The notes below the pieces were generated by a model. The model saw nothing but the letters and a program-made list of their open reading frames with translations, did not search any database and was not told where the DNA came from. Of a stretch of DNA of 64,000 nucleotides, positions 14,001-26,584 are shown piece after piece; positions within the stretch are counted from its first letter, which is position 1; each line of letters opens with the position of its first letter. The DNA is from Cycas panzhihuaensis (taxonomy: Eukaryota; Plantae; Cycadophyta): assembly GCA_023213395.1 (NCBI GenBank), contig CM041465.1:39315741-39379740 (forward strand), read 5' to 3'. The position numbers were made by a program, and so were the translations under genes.

Positions 14001-14700
14001 AACCAAAGGAAGAAGCTGAAGAGAAAAGCAAAAAATCAACCTGATTCTGGTAAGGTCAATCCACACATAGATATTCTTAAAGCGAATGAAAGGTTAAAAT
14101 CTAATGAAGACTTGGGTTCACCAAATGTCTTGAGCCTCACCAAGATGACAAGAAAGTCCAAAAGAGCAGAAGTTGAAGAATCTAAACCTCAATCTTTATA
14201 GGTAATACTTTATAGTGAGTCATGCACCCTAACAAAAAGTATGGGCAATATTATCCTAATTTGTGTTGATAAATTCATAGCTAAGATTAAAACATTGTCA
14301 GGACATACAATGATATGCACATATTGGAGACTATTTATGATTCCTCTCAGCTCAGTCACATCTTCTATTTTCATCTTTGAAATAATCCAAATTGTGACAA
14401 CATATCCTACAACAATTCTAGAAGGTTCTTTTAAAGAAAGAAGGAACATAAGTAGAATACTATATGATCAAAATCTTATCCATCAAGTTAGTTGTATGTT
14501 TTGGATAGGCTAATTAATCATAAGTTTCAATCATGTCAAAGTATAAGAATTCTCATCATATTTGGTACAAAGAATTTTTTGGGTCACATGGAGAGGACAA
14601 GGCATCTTGTTAGTTATGGACATGCATTCAAATAAGCAAAATTAGAAAAGGGATCATTGTTGCTTATTTCCTTTCAAGGAGATGATCATTGAATTGAGAA
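11023..14700 (+). mobile_element. Second gag-only (TR-GAG/LARD-like) Copia-related element; 5' LTR 11023-11340, 3' end lost
   Basis: LTR ends ...AATTCAACA at 11340, followed by a degenerate tRNA-Met PBS tagtattagagc (11341-11352). Gag-like KYVGVNFRI*KIKMECVFRIKELWNIV (13690-13934) is similar to ORF 14..199. No pol. Confidence 0.6.
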
Positions 14701-15228
14701 GTCAATCATCCTAGTTGTGTTGTTTTTCCCTTCACAATAGAAACTTAGAAAGTGTTTAATAGTTGTATCACTAATCGCAATTTCTATGTTATGGCTCTAT
14801 TGATAAAATTGGGGGTGCTTCCACTATCTATCAGGATTGTCACTGGAGTTCCTTTGATTGTTCCCTAAAATTAGAGAGTTTAAGGAGTGACATGTTACCC
14901 TATAATAACTTGTAAAGAGATTTACATATTCTGTGTATCTACTCCCAGAAGTTTATCTTCCTTAGCTCCTCCTTCTAGAATTTGGTTATTTTTTTCTTCT
15001 TTTTCTTCTTTTGGAATTTCCATGTTCTTGTTATTTATCATGAATACTTTTTTTGCCAATCATTGGTGCTCTCTGCTCCATTTCCCCTTGCATTCAAAAC
15101 ATGTTCCTTTTTTAAGCTACTCTTTTTTCAATATTTCATTAGTTTCATTTGTATTCCTTATTGTTAATGGAGGATTTGCTTTTGTTCTTGATCGGGTTCA
15201 ATTTGGATTAGACCCCTGGTGTTGGTAT

Positions 15229-15436
15229 TGTAGAAGGTAATACTTTATCTAGGGTAATATTTTATCTAGGATATCTAAAGTACATTGTAAGGGTCATGTA
15301 CCATTACCCCCATTCTTCTTTAGAGTGACAAGTGGCACAATTTCATTAAGCAATTTCCGTTTGTCCCGTACACTTTGAAATGTATATATTGACTTGCAAA
15401 TGATCAATAACACAATTGGTGTGAATTTTTTCTATA
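15229..15436 (+). repeat. Copia-1 5' LTR
   Basis: Direct repeat of 26377-26584, followed by PBS. Confidence 0.95.
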
Positions 15437-16132
15437 TGGTATTGGAGAAGGCTATTGAGTGAGTCCCTCTACTTGTGAAACAATTAGGTCTCTAGAAATA
15501 AAAACAAGTGTTGGATGAAGCCAGTTGAAGAAGATCAAGATATTCATCAAGCACAAGTCTTAGATAGAGTTTTGTCATCTGTGTATGGACTAGAGTACAG
15601 AATCGTACAGAATTCTACGAGTGTCAAAAATCAAAGCTACCAGAATCTTACAAAACTTATCCATATTATAGATGAGAGTCCCCTCAACATTTTTTCCTTT
15701 AAGACTGACATGATTTGAAGTCATCTTGAAGGACTTTCAGCCAGATTTCTAGGCACATGGGTTTGGAGGTTTTTTTTTTTTTCAAAATCTCTTAAAAATT
15801 CATCTTGAATCATGGGTATTAAGTATCTAATCCCTCTTTCACTGTAAATCGAAGAGATTGGGTCATATCTTGCTAAGATTTTCTTTAGATTTGAGTATTT
15901 TTTTATATGTAGGGGCATGGATTTGAACCTTCTCAATGTTATTTCTCTCAAACTAGAAAGTGTTTCAGGAAAATAACACCAGATTTGGATACCCATTGTT
16001 AAGATCTATCAGTTGACACTCTTATTTTCCTCATCCGTACACTTTGAATTCTATACAAAAATCTGTACAACCATTTATACAGTTGTACAACCCTATTTCT
16101 CCTTTTAGAAATCAAATTATGTGATTAATCGT

Positions 16133-19100
16133 GGCCTCCTCTACTAGATTATTACCTGAGGGTGATAAATTGACTAAAATAAATTTTAGTATTTAGAAAA
16201 TCAAGATAGAGGGTCTCTTAAGAGCAAAACATGCTTGGAAAATCACCACTAGTAATGAAAAATAACCCTATGATATAGTTGATTTATTGAATTAGGAAGA
16301 AATGAATAACATTGTTGTATTTGTATTCAAACTTTCAATTTCTGATCCCTTGCTAGTCTATGTGGATGGTGTCAAGAGTGCTCATGAAATTTAGAAAATA
16401 ATGTCTTCTATGTTTAGTTAGAAAAATAAAGCCAGAATTGTTGCCCTCAGAGAGGAACTCTATAAGCTTAGAATGAATGAAGGCTAATTTGTATCTTACT
16501 TCATAGCCAAATTGACCAACATCAAAATCACTCTTCTCACAACTAGAGATAAAATAATTGACACTGAGTTAATACATCTTGTGCTCAACAAATTACCAAA
16601 ATCATTTGACAACATGGTAAACATGTTGACAAGAGGAGGGAAAACTGCTATGATGACCTTTGATTTTCTTACAGGTCACATACTCAATCAAGAGCAAAGG
16701 AATCAGAGACATGAAGAAGATACAGAGGTTGAAGAAGCACTTGTCACTAAATTTCACTTGGGAGGTCGAGGACAAGGTTAATATAATTCCAAAATATGAG
16801 GAAGAGCAACAACTGGTTACATAGGCAGAAATTATAGCAGAGAATGAGATTCAATAGAAGAAGAGTTTGAAATAGCCTTCATAGTAGCGTTAGCAGTGAG
16901 TGCAAGTGCATTAGATAACTGATATATTGATTCAGGAGCCTCAGATCATATGATAGGAATTGAAGAATGGTTTAAAATTAAAAAACCATATGATCTTAAC
17001 AAATCTCTGGAACTAGGAGATAATTTTCTTTTGCATATAAAAAGAATAGGACAAATTGCCATAAAAATTGATGGAAAAATTCAACGAATAGGCAATGTTT
17101 TCTTTGTATTAGGGATGAAGAAAAATCTTCTCTTAGTGTCTCAGTTGGGTTGAAAAAACATAGAATAGTATTTGATGAAAATGACCATTGTTACATTTTT
17201 GACATGAAGAAGAATGGTGCTGTAATAGATGAAAGAGAAAAATGTAATAGGCTTTATAAGTTTCTCTTCATCTCTGTACTGCTTGATAAAGGACCCATGA
17301 AATCTCCTTCTGTTATAAATTCACTTGTTGTGACCAGCAATGATACTAATGAAATATGGAATTTGAAGTATGGCCATATCTTCCATGATAAATTAGAAAA
17401 ACTAAAAAACTTAAATATGGTAAATGGTTTGTCTGATATTCCATTTAATTCATTTGTATGTAAAAGTTGTATAATGGAAAAACAACATAGGGTTTCTTTT
17501 TCAAAAAGCACATGGCAAGCAAAAGATAAGCTAGATCTAATTCATGCTGATTTCTGTGGCCTATTTACACCAATTTCGACAAACGGAGTAAGGTATTTTT
17601 TAATTTTCATTAATGACTTCTCCAGAAAAACATGGGTATATTTTTTGCTTAGTAAATTAGACGTATTTGATTATTTCAAAGAATTCAAAGTTAAAGTAGA
17701 ACTGGAAAGCAGCAAGAAAATCAAATGTATTTATTCAGATGGAGGTGGTGAGTTTATATCCAATGAATTTCTTCATTTCTATAAAATGCATGGAATCCAT
17801 AGACAAGTCATAACCCCGTATACACCTTAATCAAACAGGGTAGTAGAGAGAATGAATAGAACAATTTTAGAAATGGTTCAATGCATGTTAAATGATATTG
17901 AAGTCACAAAGAAATATTGGACAGAGGCTGTGAATACAGCTGTGTACTTGATTAATAGGAGTCCAACTCAAGCATTATATGAAGTAACACCTAAAGAAGC
18001 ATGGATAGGCCATAAACCAAATGTAAGTTATTTTAGGGTTTTTGACTACAAAGCGTATGTATACATTCTTGATAAGAAAAGAACCAAGTTAGATAACAAA
18101 AACATATAATGTATAATGGTTGAATATAGTAGTCATTCAAAAACATATTGATATCTTGATCCAAAGATAAATAAACTTTATGTAAGCATAGATGTAATAT
18201 TTGATGAAAGAAAAAGAGTCACTGAAGCTGATCATCAAGAAATACACGTCAGTGATCAAAGCCCAAAAATAGTCCAACCAGAAGATAAATCAGATATTAC
18301 TTCTCATAGTATTAAAACAGAGAGCGATGTTTCAAATGAAAATTCATCTGATACTCAACAAATAAGTGATTCCAGTATCCATCCATCTAATACTTAACAA
18401 ACTGATAATTCAAGCATCCATCCAGAAGGTGAAGAATCTAGACCATCACAAGAACAAACCTCCAAAAGGGTACCAAAGTGGTATCTCAAAACTCTTGAAG
18501 AAACAACAGGAGAAGTGTTTGAGCATCGAACAAGGTCTCAGAAGTCACAAGCCTTAATTTGTTTCGTTGAAACAAATACTTACAAAGAAGCAAGTAATTC
18601 TCAAGCTTGGAGGGGAGCAATGTATGCAAAAATGAAAGCCATTTACAAAACTGAAACGTGTGGTAACACCTCCTGGAGATAAACCCATTGTAAATTGTAA
18701 GTGGGTATATAAAGTGAAAGAAAAAATAAATGGTGAAATCGAGAAGTATAAAGCAAGATTGGTAGAAAAAGGCTATTCACAAACAGTCAGAATTGACTAT
18801 GAAGAAACATTCTTGCTAGTAGCTAAGTTGAACACTATAAAAACAATAATTGCAATTGCTATTCAGAAAGGATGGAAAAATTATTAGATGGATGTTAAAA
18901 GTGCATTTCTGAATGGAGATCTATAAAAAGAAGTATATATGTACCAGCCTAAAGGATATATAAAGCAAGGACAATAAAATTTAGTCAGTAAACTAAAAAA
19001 GGTTTTATATGGACTCAAACAAGCATCGAGAGCCTGTTATGCCAAACTGGACACATATCTAACTCAAAATGGCTTTCACAAGTGTGAGTCAGATCATAGT

Positions 19101-19532
19101 TTGTATGGGAAATTTAATCAAGGATTAACCTCCATCATAGTGGTATATGTGGATGACATGCTAATCACAGGAGATCATGAAGACTCAATTGCATTCATCA
19201 AGAAGCAATTCGAAAAGGTATTTGAAATGACACATCTCAGAATACTAGACTATTATATAGGAATAGAAATAGGATAAAATAATGACTTTGTTGTCTTATC
19301 ACAATCAAAATATATTAGAAACTTGTTGAATAAGTTCAATATGGAAAGTTGCAATAGTGTTGCCACTCCAATGGAAATTCAATGTGTGTTAAACATTGAA
19401 TAAGAAGCACAACTAGTTGATGCAACTTTATATAGACAATTAATCTGAAGTCTAATTTATCTCACAACTACACGACCAGAGATTTCTTATGTAGTTGGTG
19501 TAGTTTCTAAATTTATGGAAGATCTAAAAATA
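16133..19532 (+). pseudogene. Copia-1 gag-pol, 5' part (gag, protease, integrase, RT)
   Basis: ORFs 16512, 16950, 17150, 17852 and 18660 carry UBN2-type gag, GAG-pre-integrase, rve and RVT_2 motifs, with many stops. Confidence 0.9.
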
Positions 19533-19687
19533 TTTTTTTTTTTGGTAAGATAAAATGAATTTATAGTGGGTTTGAGCAAGATCCCACAACCTATTACATC
19601 GGGGAGCCTTGAGCTACCATGAGATATTTGACCATGACATCCCCACGGTCTAGGCCAGAAAGCTATCTGCCGGGACAAGCCCCACTA

Positions 19688-22600
19688 CTAGTTACAAATC
19701 ATATCCTTCTCTATCAGAACCATAAGATCCCTGGGGAAATCACTCTTCCACACTTGACCTTCCCGATGCCTTGCCCCCCAATTTGCCAAGAAATCAGCTG
19801 GTTTATTTCCTTCTCTGAAAGTATGCCTTATACGGACTTCAGCCAGTCCCTTCATGAGCTCTTTGGCATCATTCAAAAGGGACTGGAATCTCCAGTCTGG
19901 GAGAGCCTCACCTTTTAATGTCTTAATCACCACCTCAGAATCCCCCTCTAAAACCAGACGCTGAAGGTTCTCTTCAACTGCTAGGTCGAGCGCCTTGAAC
20001 ATAGCTTGCATTTCCGCATAGTGGTTTGTCTGACATTCATAGTAATCCGCGAATGCCCAGATGGGGGAGCCAGTGCTATCCCTACAGATACCCCCACCCC
20101 CAGCTTCCCCAGGATTCCCTTTTGCAGCCCCATCAAAATTAACTTTGCTCCATGTCTCCTCAGGAGGCTGCCAACTACAGTTCCTGGGCCTTGCCGCTTC
20201 AAAAACATGAGATATTCCCCATTTGCTAAGAATCCTGCTCTCCTGTACGGAAATACGTTTTTCTTTCACATTTCTAATGTTTTCCTTGATATCCGAGGAT
20301 ATTCTGTTGAAGATGGCTATCTGATCCATCTGGTGATCCTGGAAAATACGCCGATTCCTTTCTTTCCATATGTTCCAAGCCACAATCGGGAGCGCAGCGT
20401 CCCAGATGCAGCTCAGGGTTCCGCTTCTGAAGGGGCTAAGCTAGGCAAGCCATAAATCGAAAGTCTCTTCTGAAAATGTCCAGCATACCTCTAGTTTCCT
20501 GAGAACCATCCTCCAAACCTCTCTAGTGTATGCACACCCAATGAAAATGTGGTCCATGGATTCTTCCTCAGAACAGCATAAAATGCATCTGTTTGCCAGC
20601 TCAATACCTCTCTTCTTAAGATTATCTAAAGTGAGAATTTTATTCTTGAGGCAAGTCCACCAGAAAATTACTATCTTGGGAATAATAGGGAGCTTCCAAA
20701 CCCCTTCAAGGGTTGGATTTCTCTGATCGCCTCTAGTTAAATAAAGGAAATGATATCCTTGTTTTACGGTGTAGTCCCCAGACGGGCCTAAAGGCCACAC
20801 AACCGTGTCCGGTGAAGTCATTCTGGGTATATAATTCTTACGAAGGATCTTTTTTAACTTGTTTAGACCCTCTTGCTGTCTTTCTCCTTGAATTTCCTCC
20901 AGAGACTTCCATCGCCTGTGTTTTCCACTCCCAGTCCAATAATCCTTAACCTGAGTGCCATATTGCCTGACACAGGGCCCCATAATAGGTACAAGGTCGG
21001 GATAGTCCTTAAGAGCATTGTCACAGCACCAAGCATCCTCCCAGAACCTTATGGAGGAACCATCTCCAAGTCTCCATTTCAAGCCATTTCTTATAGCTCG
21101 CCATGCTTTAAGAATGCTTCTCCAAATAATGGAGCCAACCTGCGAGGCCTCATTCTCTATAAGGGAACCCCCTTGAATGTATTTTCTAGCTAGGATCTTC
21201 TCCCAAGGTCTCTCACCCCCTTTCAGTAGCCGCCACCCCATCTTAGCCCCTAGAGCAGCGTTAAAAGGAGAAATCCTTCTCAGGTTAAGACCGCCAGCCC
21301 ATTTCGGGGTGCAGACTTTATTCCAGCTAACCAGGTGTATTCTGTCTTTACTCTCCGTCCCAGACCAAAGGAATCTTTTCTGGATAGATTCAATAATATT
21401 TGAAATGCCCGTCGGGACTCTGAATATAGACATCCAATATACTGGAATACTCTGCAGCGTCGATGCGACTAGCTGGAGCTTTCCGGCTAGGCTAAGAAGG
21501 GCGCCTTTCCAGCTTCCTTTGCATCCTATCAATGAGGGGGTTCCACATGTCCTTTGTCATTCTCCCAACAAAGAGTGGCAACCCAAGGTAAATTGAGGGG
21601 AGCTTTTTGATACTCATCCCTAGGATTCTACTTATCCCCGCTTGGACTTGGCCCGGGGTATTTAAGAAGAAGACATTGCTCTTGTTCAAATTTATCTTTT
21701 GGTTCGTGGCTTCCTCAAAGTGGCCCAAAATCTCTTTAAATTTGGAGGCTTCAAAGCAAACCTTCCCTAAAAGTATGTTGTCGTCCACGAATTGATGATG
21801 GGCCACAGTATCCACCCTAGATGTCGGTTTTATGCCTTTATTAGCTCCCTCCCTTCTGGCAGACTCCAATGTTCTGCCCAGGAGCTCAGCCATCGTGATA
21901 AACAGAAAGGGAGAAAGAGGGTCTCCCTGACTCAACCCCCTAAATCCCAGAAAAAACTTGGAGGAAGAGCCATTTATGATAACAGAGAAATGCGGGTTTC
22001 CAATGCATAATTTTATCCAAGACCGCCAAGTCTCCCCAAAACCAAATGCACCAAGGCATTCTAACAAGCAGTCCCAGGAGACCCTATCAAAAGCTTTCGA
22101 TAGGTCGATCTTAACAAGCATCACCGGGTCCTTCCTCTCGCACCGAATGGAGTGTTTCGTGGACAACAATATAGCCATCATAACCGCCTACCGGAGGAAA
22201 CCATCTTGATTCTGGGAAATGATGTTTGGCATAATTTTCTTCATTCTATTCACCAGGACCTTCGTTATGATTTTGTATTTGACATTGCAGAGGCTAATAG
22301 GGCGGAAATCCTCCATCCTATTAGCCCCTTCTTTTTTCGGTATAAGGACAAGAAATGTGGTCTGCCATTCTCGTAACTGTTCACTTCAAACTCCTTTATT
22401 GCTTCCATGAGGTCCCCCTTAATAATGTCCCAGAATTCTTGAAAGAATCTCGGAGGGAAACCATCAGGGCTAGGCGCTTTATCTCTCTTCATCCTGAAGA
22501 GAGCCATCCTGACCTCCTCCTGAGTAAAAGGAGCTGTGAGCTGGGCATTCTGGTCTTCATTCACCAAACAGGGTATATTGTTCAGGAAATCTTTCCTCCT

Positions 22601-23848
22601 ATCCTCGTTCCCGCCATGGATTCAGAATAAGTTCTTAAAGTAATCGCATGCCACCTCCTTCATGTCCTCGTCCGAGTTGACTACAGAACCACCTTCCTTA
22701 TGAAGACACTTGATTCTGTTGCACGCCTTATGTTTTACTATGGTCATGTGGAAAAATCTGGTATTTCTATCACCTTCAGCCAGCCAAAGGGCCCTAGATT
22801 TTTGTCTCCAATGGATCTCTTCTCTTTTAAGGATCTCCTCCATAGTCTCTGTGAGCTCCTTCTCAACCTTGTCAAACTCCTCTGATCTGCCCCACCACTC
22901 AATTTGATCCTCGATGCCTTTCAACTCCTGGATAGTTTTATCCTTTTGTTCATTTATGCTATGAAAAACTTCCTTGTTCCAGGCCTTTACTTGCTTTTTG
23001 ACCCAGTCTAGCTTCTTTGAAAATCTATACATGGCATGACCCTTAATATCAGTACCCCACCATTCCTCGATTTTTCCCTGCAGGTCTGGGTGGCGTAACC
23101 ACATTAATTCAAATCTAAAGGGAGCCCCAATGAATTTACCCGGATCCGAAAAATTCATTAGGAGAGGCGAGTGATCAAAGCTGATCCTCGGCAATGCCTC
23201 TAGGGCATAGTCAGAGAAGGAGCGCATCCAATCATAGTTAACCAACACCCTGTCCAACTTGATTTGAATGAGGCTGTCTCCCAACCTCTTGTTGGACCAG
23301 GTGAAGGACGCCTAAGACCCGACATCTTCCAACCCCCCCTGTTGGAGGAAATCACCAAACTCTACCATACTTGAAGTCCATCCCTCCGTGCCTCCTCTCT
23401 TGTCCCCAGGGGAAAGAGCCGAGTTGAAGTCCCCTGCCAGCAACCACGAGAGCCGGCAGTCTTTGTGAACCTCGATTAATCTCTCCCAAAGCCTCTTCCT
23501 GGCTATTTGAAGAGTTGGGGCATAGACATTTGTAGCGATCCACGAGATGTTATTACTTTTGTTCGTTAACCGAACCGAGATGAAGGAGTCCTCAACCAAA
23601 AGAATTTCTCCCGACCAGATAGAAGGGTTCCAGAGCACCATTAGGCCCCTGACCCCTTGGCTATAGTCCCTCTCTAAGCCTTCTGCTTGTTTCCAAATTT
23701 TGCTTCTAATCTTTGGGCCATTCTCCTTGCATAACTTAGTTTCTTGCAGAAATACTAGATCCAATTGGTGTCTGATTCTCATGTCCTTAATGATTCTTTG
23801 CTTCGAGGGGGCATTCAATCCCCTAATGTTCCATGTCATGATTCTCAT
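19688..23848 (-). pseudogene. L1 ORF2 (AP endonuclease, RT, zf-RVT, RNase H), broken by several frameshifts and stops
   Basis: MRIMTWNIRGLN, LQETK, GDFN, LDRV, (S)DHSP; KAPSPDGF, KIDLSKAFDRV, QGDPLSP, HQFVDD; CILCCSEEESMDHIFIGC; RNase H NFDGAAKGNPG...AE...EGDS...REGNKPADFLA. Confidence 0.95.
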
Positions 23849-25214
23849 CGTTTCTTTCTCAATTTCCAAACCTCTGCAGTATCCCCCTTTGGGGGATCTC
23901 TGCCTACTGTACTGGATCTGAGAATAGGTCCTTCGAGGAATGCTTCCTTAAGAGTTTTCTGGGTGCCTAGGTCAACCCAGGCGGTAGAATCTTTTCTCTT
24001 TGCACCTGAAGGAGGTCTACCAACCTTCTTCTCGGCCCCACATCGTGACTTCTTCGAACCGAGGCGGTAATGAGTCGGGGGCCGCCCTCCCTAGATCTAT
24101 AGGCTCCTCTAAACTGTCAAGCCCCTGAATCCCTTCAGCCTCCAAGGGCATATCTGCCACTGACCCAGCCATTTTATCCTCCTCTACCTGCTGCCTTAAT
24201 GGCCCAAACTGGCCGGTGCAGACCAGAGAACCTTCTCCAGAGTGGGATGGACCCCCCACTCCCTCCACACTCGCCAAATCCTCCTGAGGCACAGGAACCT
24301 GAGCTGCTTGATCATCTTCCTCCAACAGCATGTCCTCCTTGTCTGGGTCAAAGCCCAAGTTCGGGGATGAGGCCACAACAGTTTCCAATGGTGCTGGGTG
24401 TACAACACCCTCCCCATTTCCTTGGGGGATTGACTCAAGTGGGTCTTCCCCTTTGTCCTCCTTGGAGGGTTGCACTCCCGGGCACTTTTGGGGCAGATGT
24501 CCCAAAACTCTGCATGTTGAACATCTAAAGTGGTCCAGCTCATAGACCAACGGTTGTGCCCAACTCCCGTCTAGCAGATCCATCCAAATATCATCCAATA
24601 GCGGCTTGTCTAATCTTGCCAGGGCGCAAATTCTGGCATTAATGAGCCTACTCCTGTTCTTCGTCATGGAGTCGACTGCTAATAAAGGGCCCACCAATTT
24701 CGCTATGCCTCTAAAGACCTCCGGGTTCCAGTGGTGAAGGGGAAGTCCCAGAAGTTGGATCCAAATGGGAGCTTGTCAGATTCTAGGGCTCGAGGGATCA
24801 AAATCCCTATACCATTTCTCAAGAGAGAGGGCCTTCCGTCCAAACATCCATGGAGCCTCGAAAGGTAATGCTAGACACGTCTTCGAAAGAGGCAAATGTA
24901 AAAAGCACACAGCCCTTGGGCATGGCTATTACCTACACACTGTTCCCAGTTTTCCATTTTGTCTTAGTCCATGTCCTAATGGCTTCCAACCCTGGTCTGG
25001 GGCCTGAGAATCTACCCACCAGGCAATTCTCCCATAATTTTTCAGTTTTTTCCACCAGAGCCAGGGGGATCTTCAGTCTGGCTTTGTTATCCTCGAACAC
25101 AGGTGTTAGGTCAAAGGTTTCCTCATCATTTGTTTTCAAAACATCCCGGTAAGTTTTCCCCACAGCCGAGTTAGGGGTCTGATTCTGATATTGAGGAATA
25201 TGATCTATTTCCAT
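23845..25214 (-). pseudogene. L1 ORF1 (DUF4283-type RRM plus CCHC zinc knuckle), disrupted
   Basis: LWENCLVGRFSG...PWMFG...PIWIQLLGLPLHHW...RCSTCRVLGHLPQKCP. The TGA stop overlaps the ORF2 ATG (ATGA at 23848-23845). Confidence 0.88.
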
Positions 25215-25791
25215 TTATTAAAAATTTAGAACAAGATAGAAAGCTCCAAGCAAAAACAAAAGCATACCATTTCAGCTTCAAAACTGCTCTCCGAGGAGTT
25301 TGCATCCAAAAAACGAGCAGAGAGCCCAATATCTCCCCCCTGAGATTCAATAGCTCTATAGATGGGTCTGTCAGATTGGTCAAGTGTGAATAGGAGAACC
25401 GCGTCCTTCCTCTGGCAGCCTCACATCCATTTGCCCTACGTAAAATCTGCAAGGCTCCACATTCTGGAAGCCCGACCAGGGTTTTAGAGAGCCTGGCGAC
25501 CTCAGATTAGCAAAGGATCTGTCTCTCTTCTCCTGAAGGCATTCAGCGCTAACATCTGAGCTTGACTCTCTGTCTGCTCCTGCGTGAATGCGCTAGCTTG
25601 CTGCCTATCTTGCGTCTCCGTTTGAGGAGAAAATGGAACAGGTCTATCTGCAGATGCCCGCCGATCGGCTCTGTCCAGACTCATCAGGGGACGCCATGGT
25701 GTCCACGACCCAGAGGCGACTTCTCCCATCTCCAACGCTCCAAACCCTAGTACTGGTTTGACTTCTCCTGCTCCAGCGCTCCGTAACCATT

Positions 25792-26369
25792 AAGATCTAA
25801 AAATACTTCACTAGAATGCTACAAAAAGAATTTTATGGTATCTAAAAGGAACCATGAATCTTGGATTAGAATACAGAAAGTATAACAATATGCAGCTAAC
25901 AGGATTTTGTGACTCTGACTGTGTTGGAAATAGAATAGACAGAAAATCAACATCTAGATATTATTTTTTTTTAGGAACAACCTTAATTTTCTGGAGTAAT
26001 AAAAAGCAACATACTGTTGCTTTGTCTTCAACAGAAGCCGAGTACAAGTTAGCAGTCAATGTAACATGTGAAGGAGTTTGGATCACACAACTCTTTAAAG
26101 ATCTTGGACAAGAACAGACAATACCTACTCAGTTATTTTGTGATAATCAAAGCACAATCAAAATGACAAAGAATTCAGTGCTACATGCAAGAACCAAGCA
26201 TATAGAAGTGCATCACCATTTCATCAGGGAAAAAATACAGAACAAAGAAATTAAGCTTCTGTATTGTACATCAGAAAACCAAACTGTTGATGTCCTTACC
26301 AAACTTCTTAGCAGGGAAAAATTTGTTAGCTTTAGAAATCATTTAGGACTAAATTGGATAAAACATTAA
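25792..26369 (+). pseudogene. Copia-1 pol 3' part (RT end and RNase H)
   Basis: Resumes in frame after the L1 TSD (SKFMEDLKILH*NATKRILWYLKGT); ORF 25854..26369 is a Ty1-type RNase H (LTGFCDSD...SSTEAEY...HARTKHIEV). Confidence 0.92.
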
Positions 26370-26376
26370 GAGGGGG

Positions 26377-26584
26377 TGTAAAAGATAATATTTTATCTAT
26401 GGTAATGTTTTATCTAGGATATCTGAAGTACATTGTAAGGGTCATATATCATTGCCCCCATTCTTCCTCAAAGTGATAAGTGGCACAATCTCATTAAGCA
26501 GTTGCCATTTGTTCCGTACACTTTGAAATCCATATATTGACTTGCAAATGATCAATAATGCAATTGGTGTGAATCTTTTCTACA
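26377..26584 (+). repeat. Copia-1 3' LTR
   Basis: TG...CA termini, preceded by PPT, ~88% identical to the 5' LTR. Confidence 0.95.

Larger units (their letters stand above)
19533..25791 (-). mobile_element. Full-length plant L1-clade LINE with RNase H, young
   Basis: Perfect 14-bp TSD AAGATCTAAAAATA (19519-19532 and 25792-25805). Poly(A) tail seen as T11 at 19533-19543. ~580-bp 5' UTR, ORF1 and ORF2. Much higher GC and CpG content than the flanks. Confidence 0.97.
15229..26584 (+). mobile_element. Full-length Ty1/Copia element (Copia-1), degenerate, interrupted by L1
   Basis: 208-bp LTRs 15229-15436 and 26377-26584 (~24 substitutions, mostly transitions). PBS tggtattggag at 15437; PPT aagaggggg before 26377; TSD GGTAT/AGTAT. 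Domain order gag-PR(YIDSGASDHM)-INT(LIHADFCG, SDGGGEF)-RT(YVDDML)-RH(FCDSD, FCDNQS). Confidence 0.95.

Noticed and set aside
14805-14820. aaattgggggtg as PPT plus start of a 3' LTR for the 11023 element
   Set aside because: The following sequence does not match the 11023-11340 LTR; it is the reverse complement of the Gypsy protease motif DSGSTPNFI.
19619-25152. Numerous + strand ORFs (e.g. 20006..20455, 21177..21596, 24199..24528)
   Set aside because: Antisense shadows of the GC-rich L1 ORFs, with no recognisable motifs.
25171-25735. Minus-strand ORFs in the L1 5' UTR as an ORF0 or third gene
   Set aside because: Short, predicted from non-ATG starts, expected by chance at this GC content; no conservation evidence is available here.
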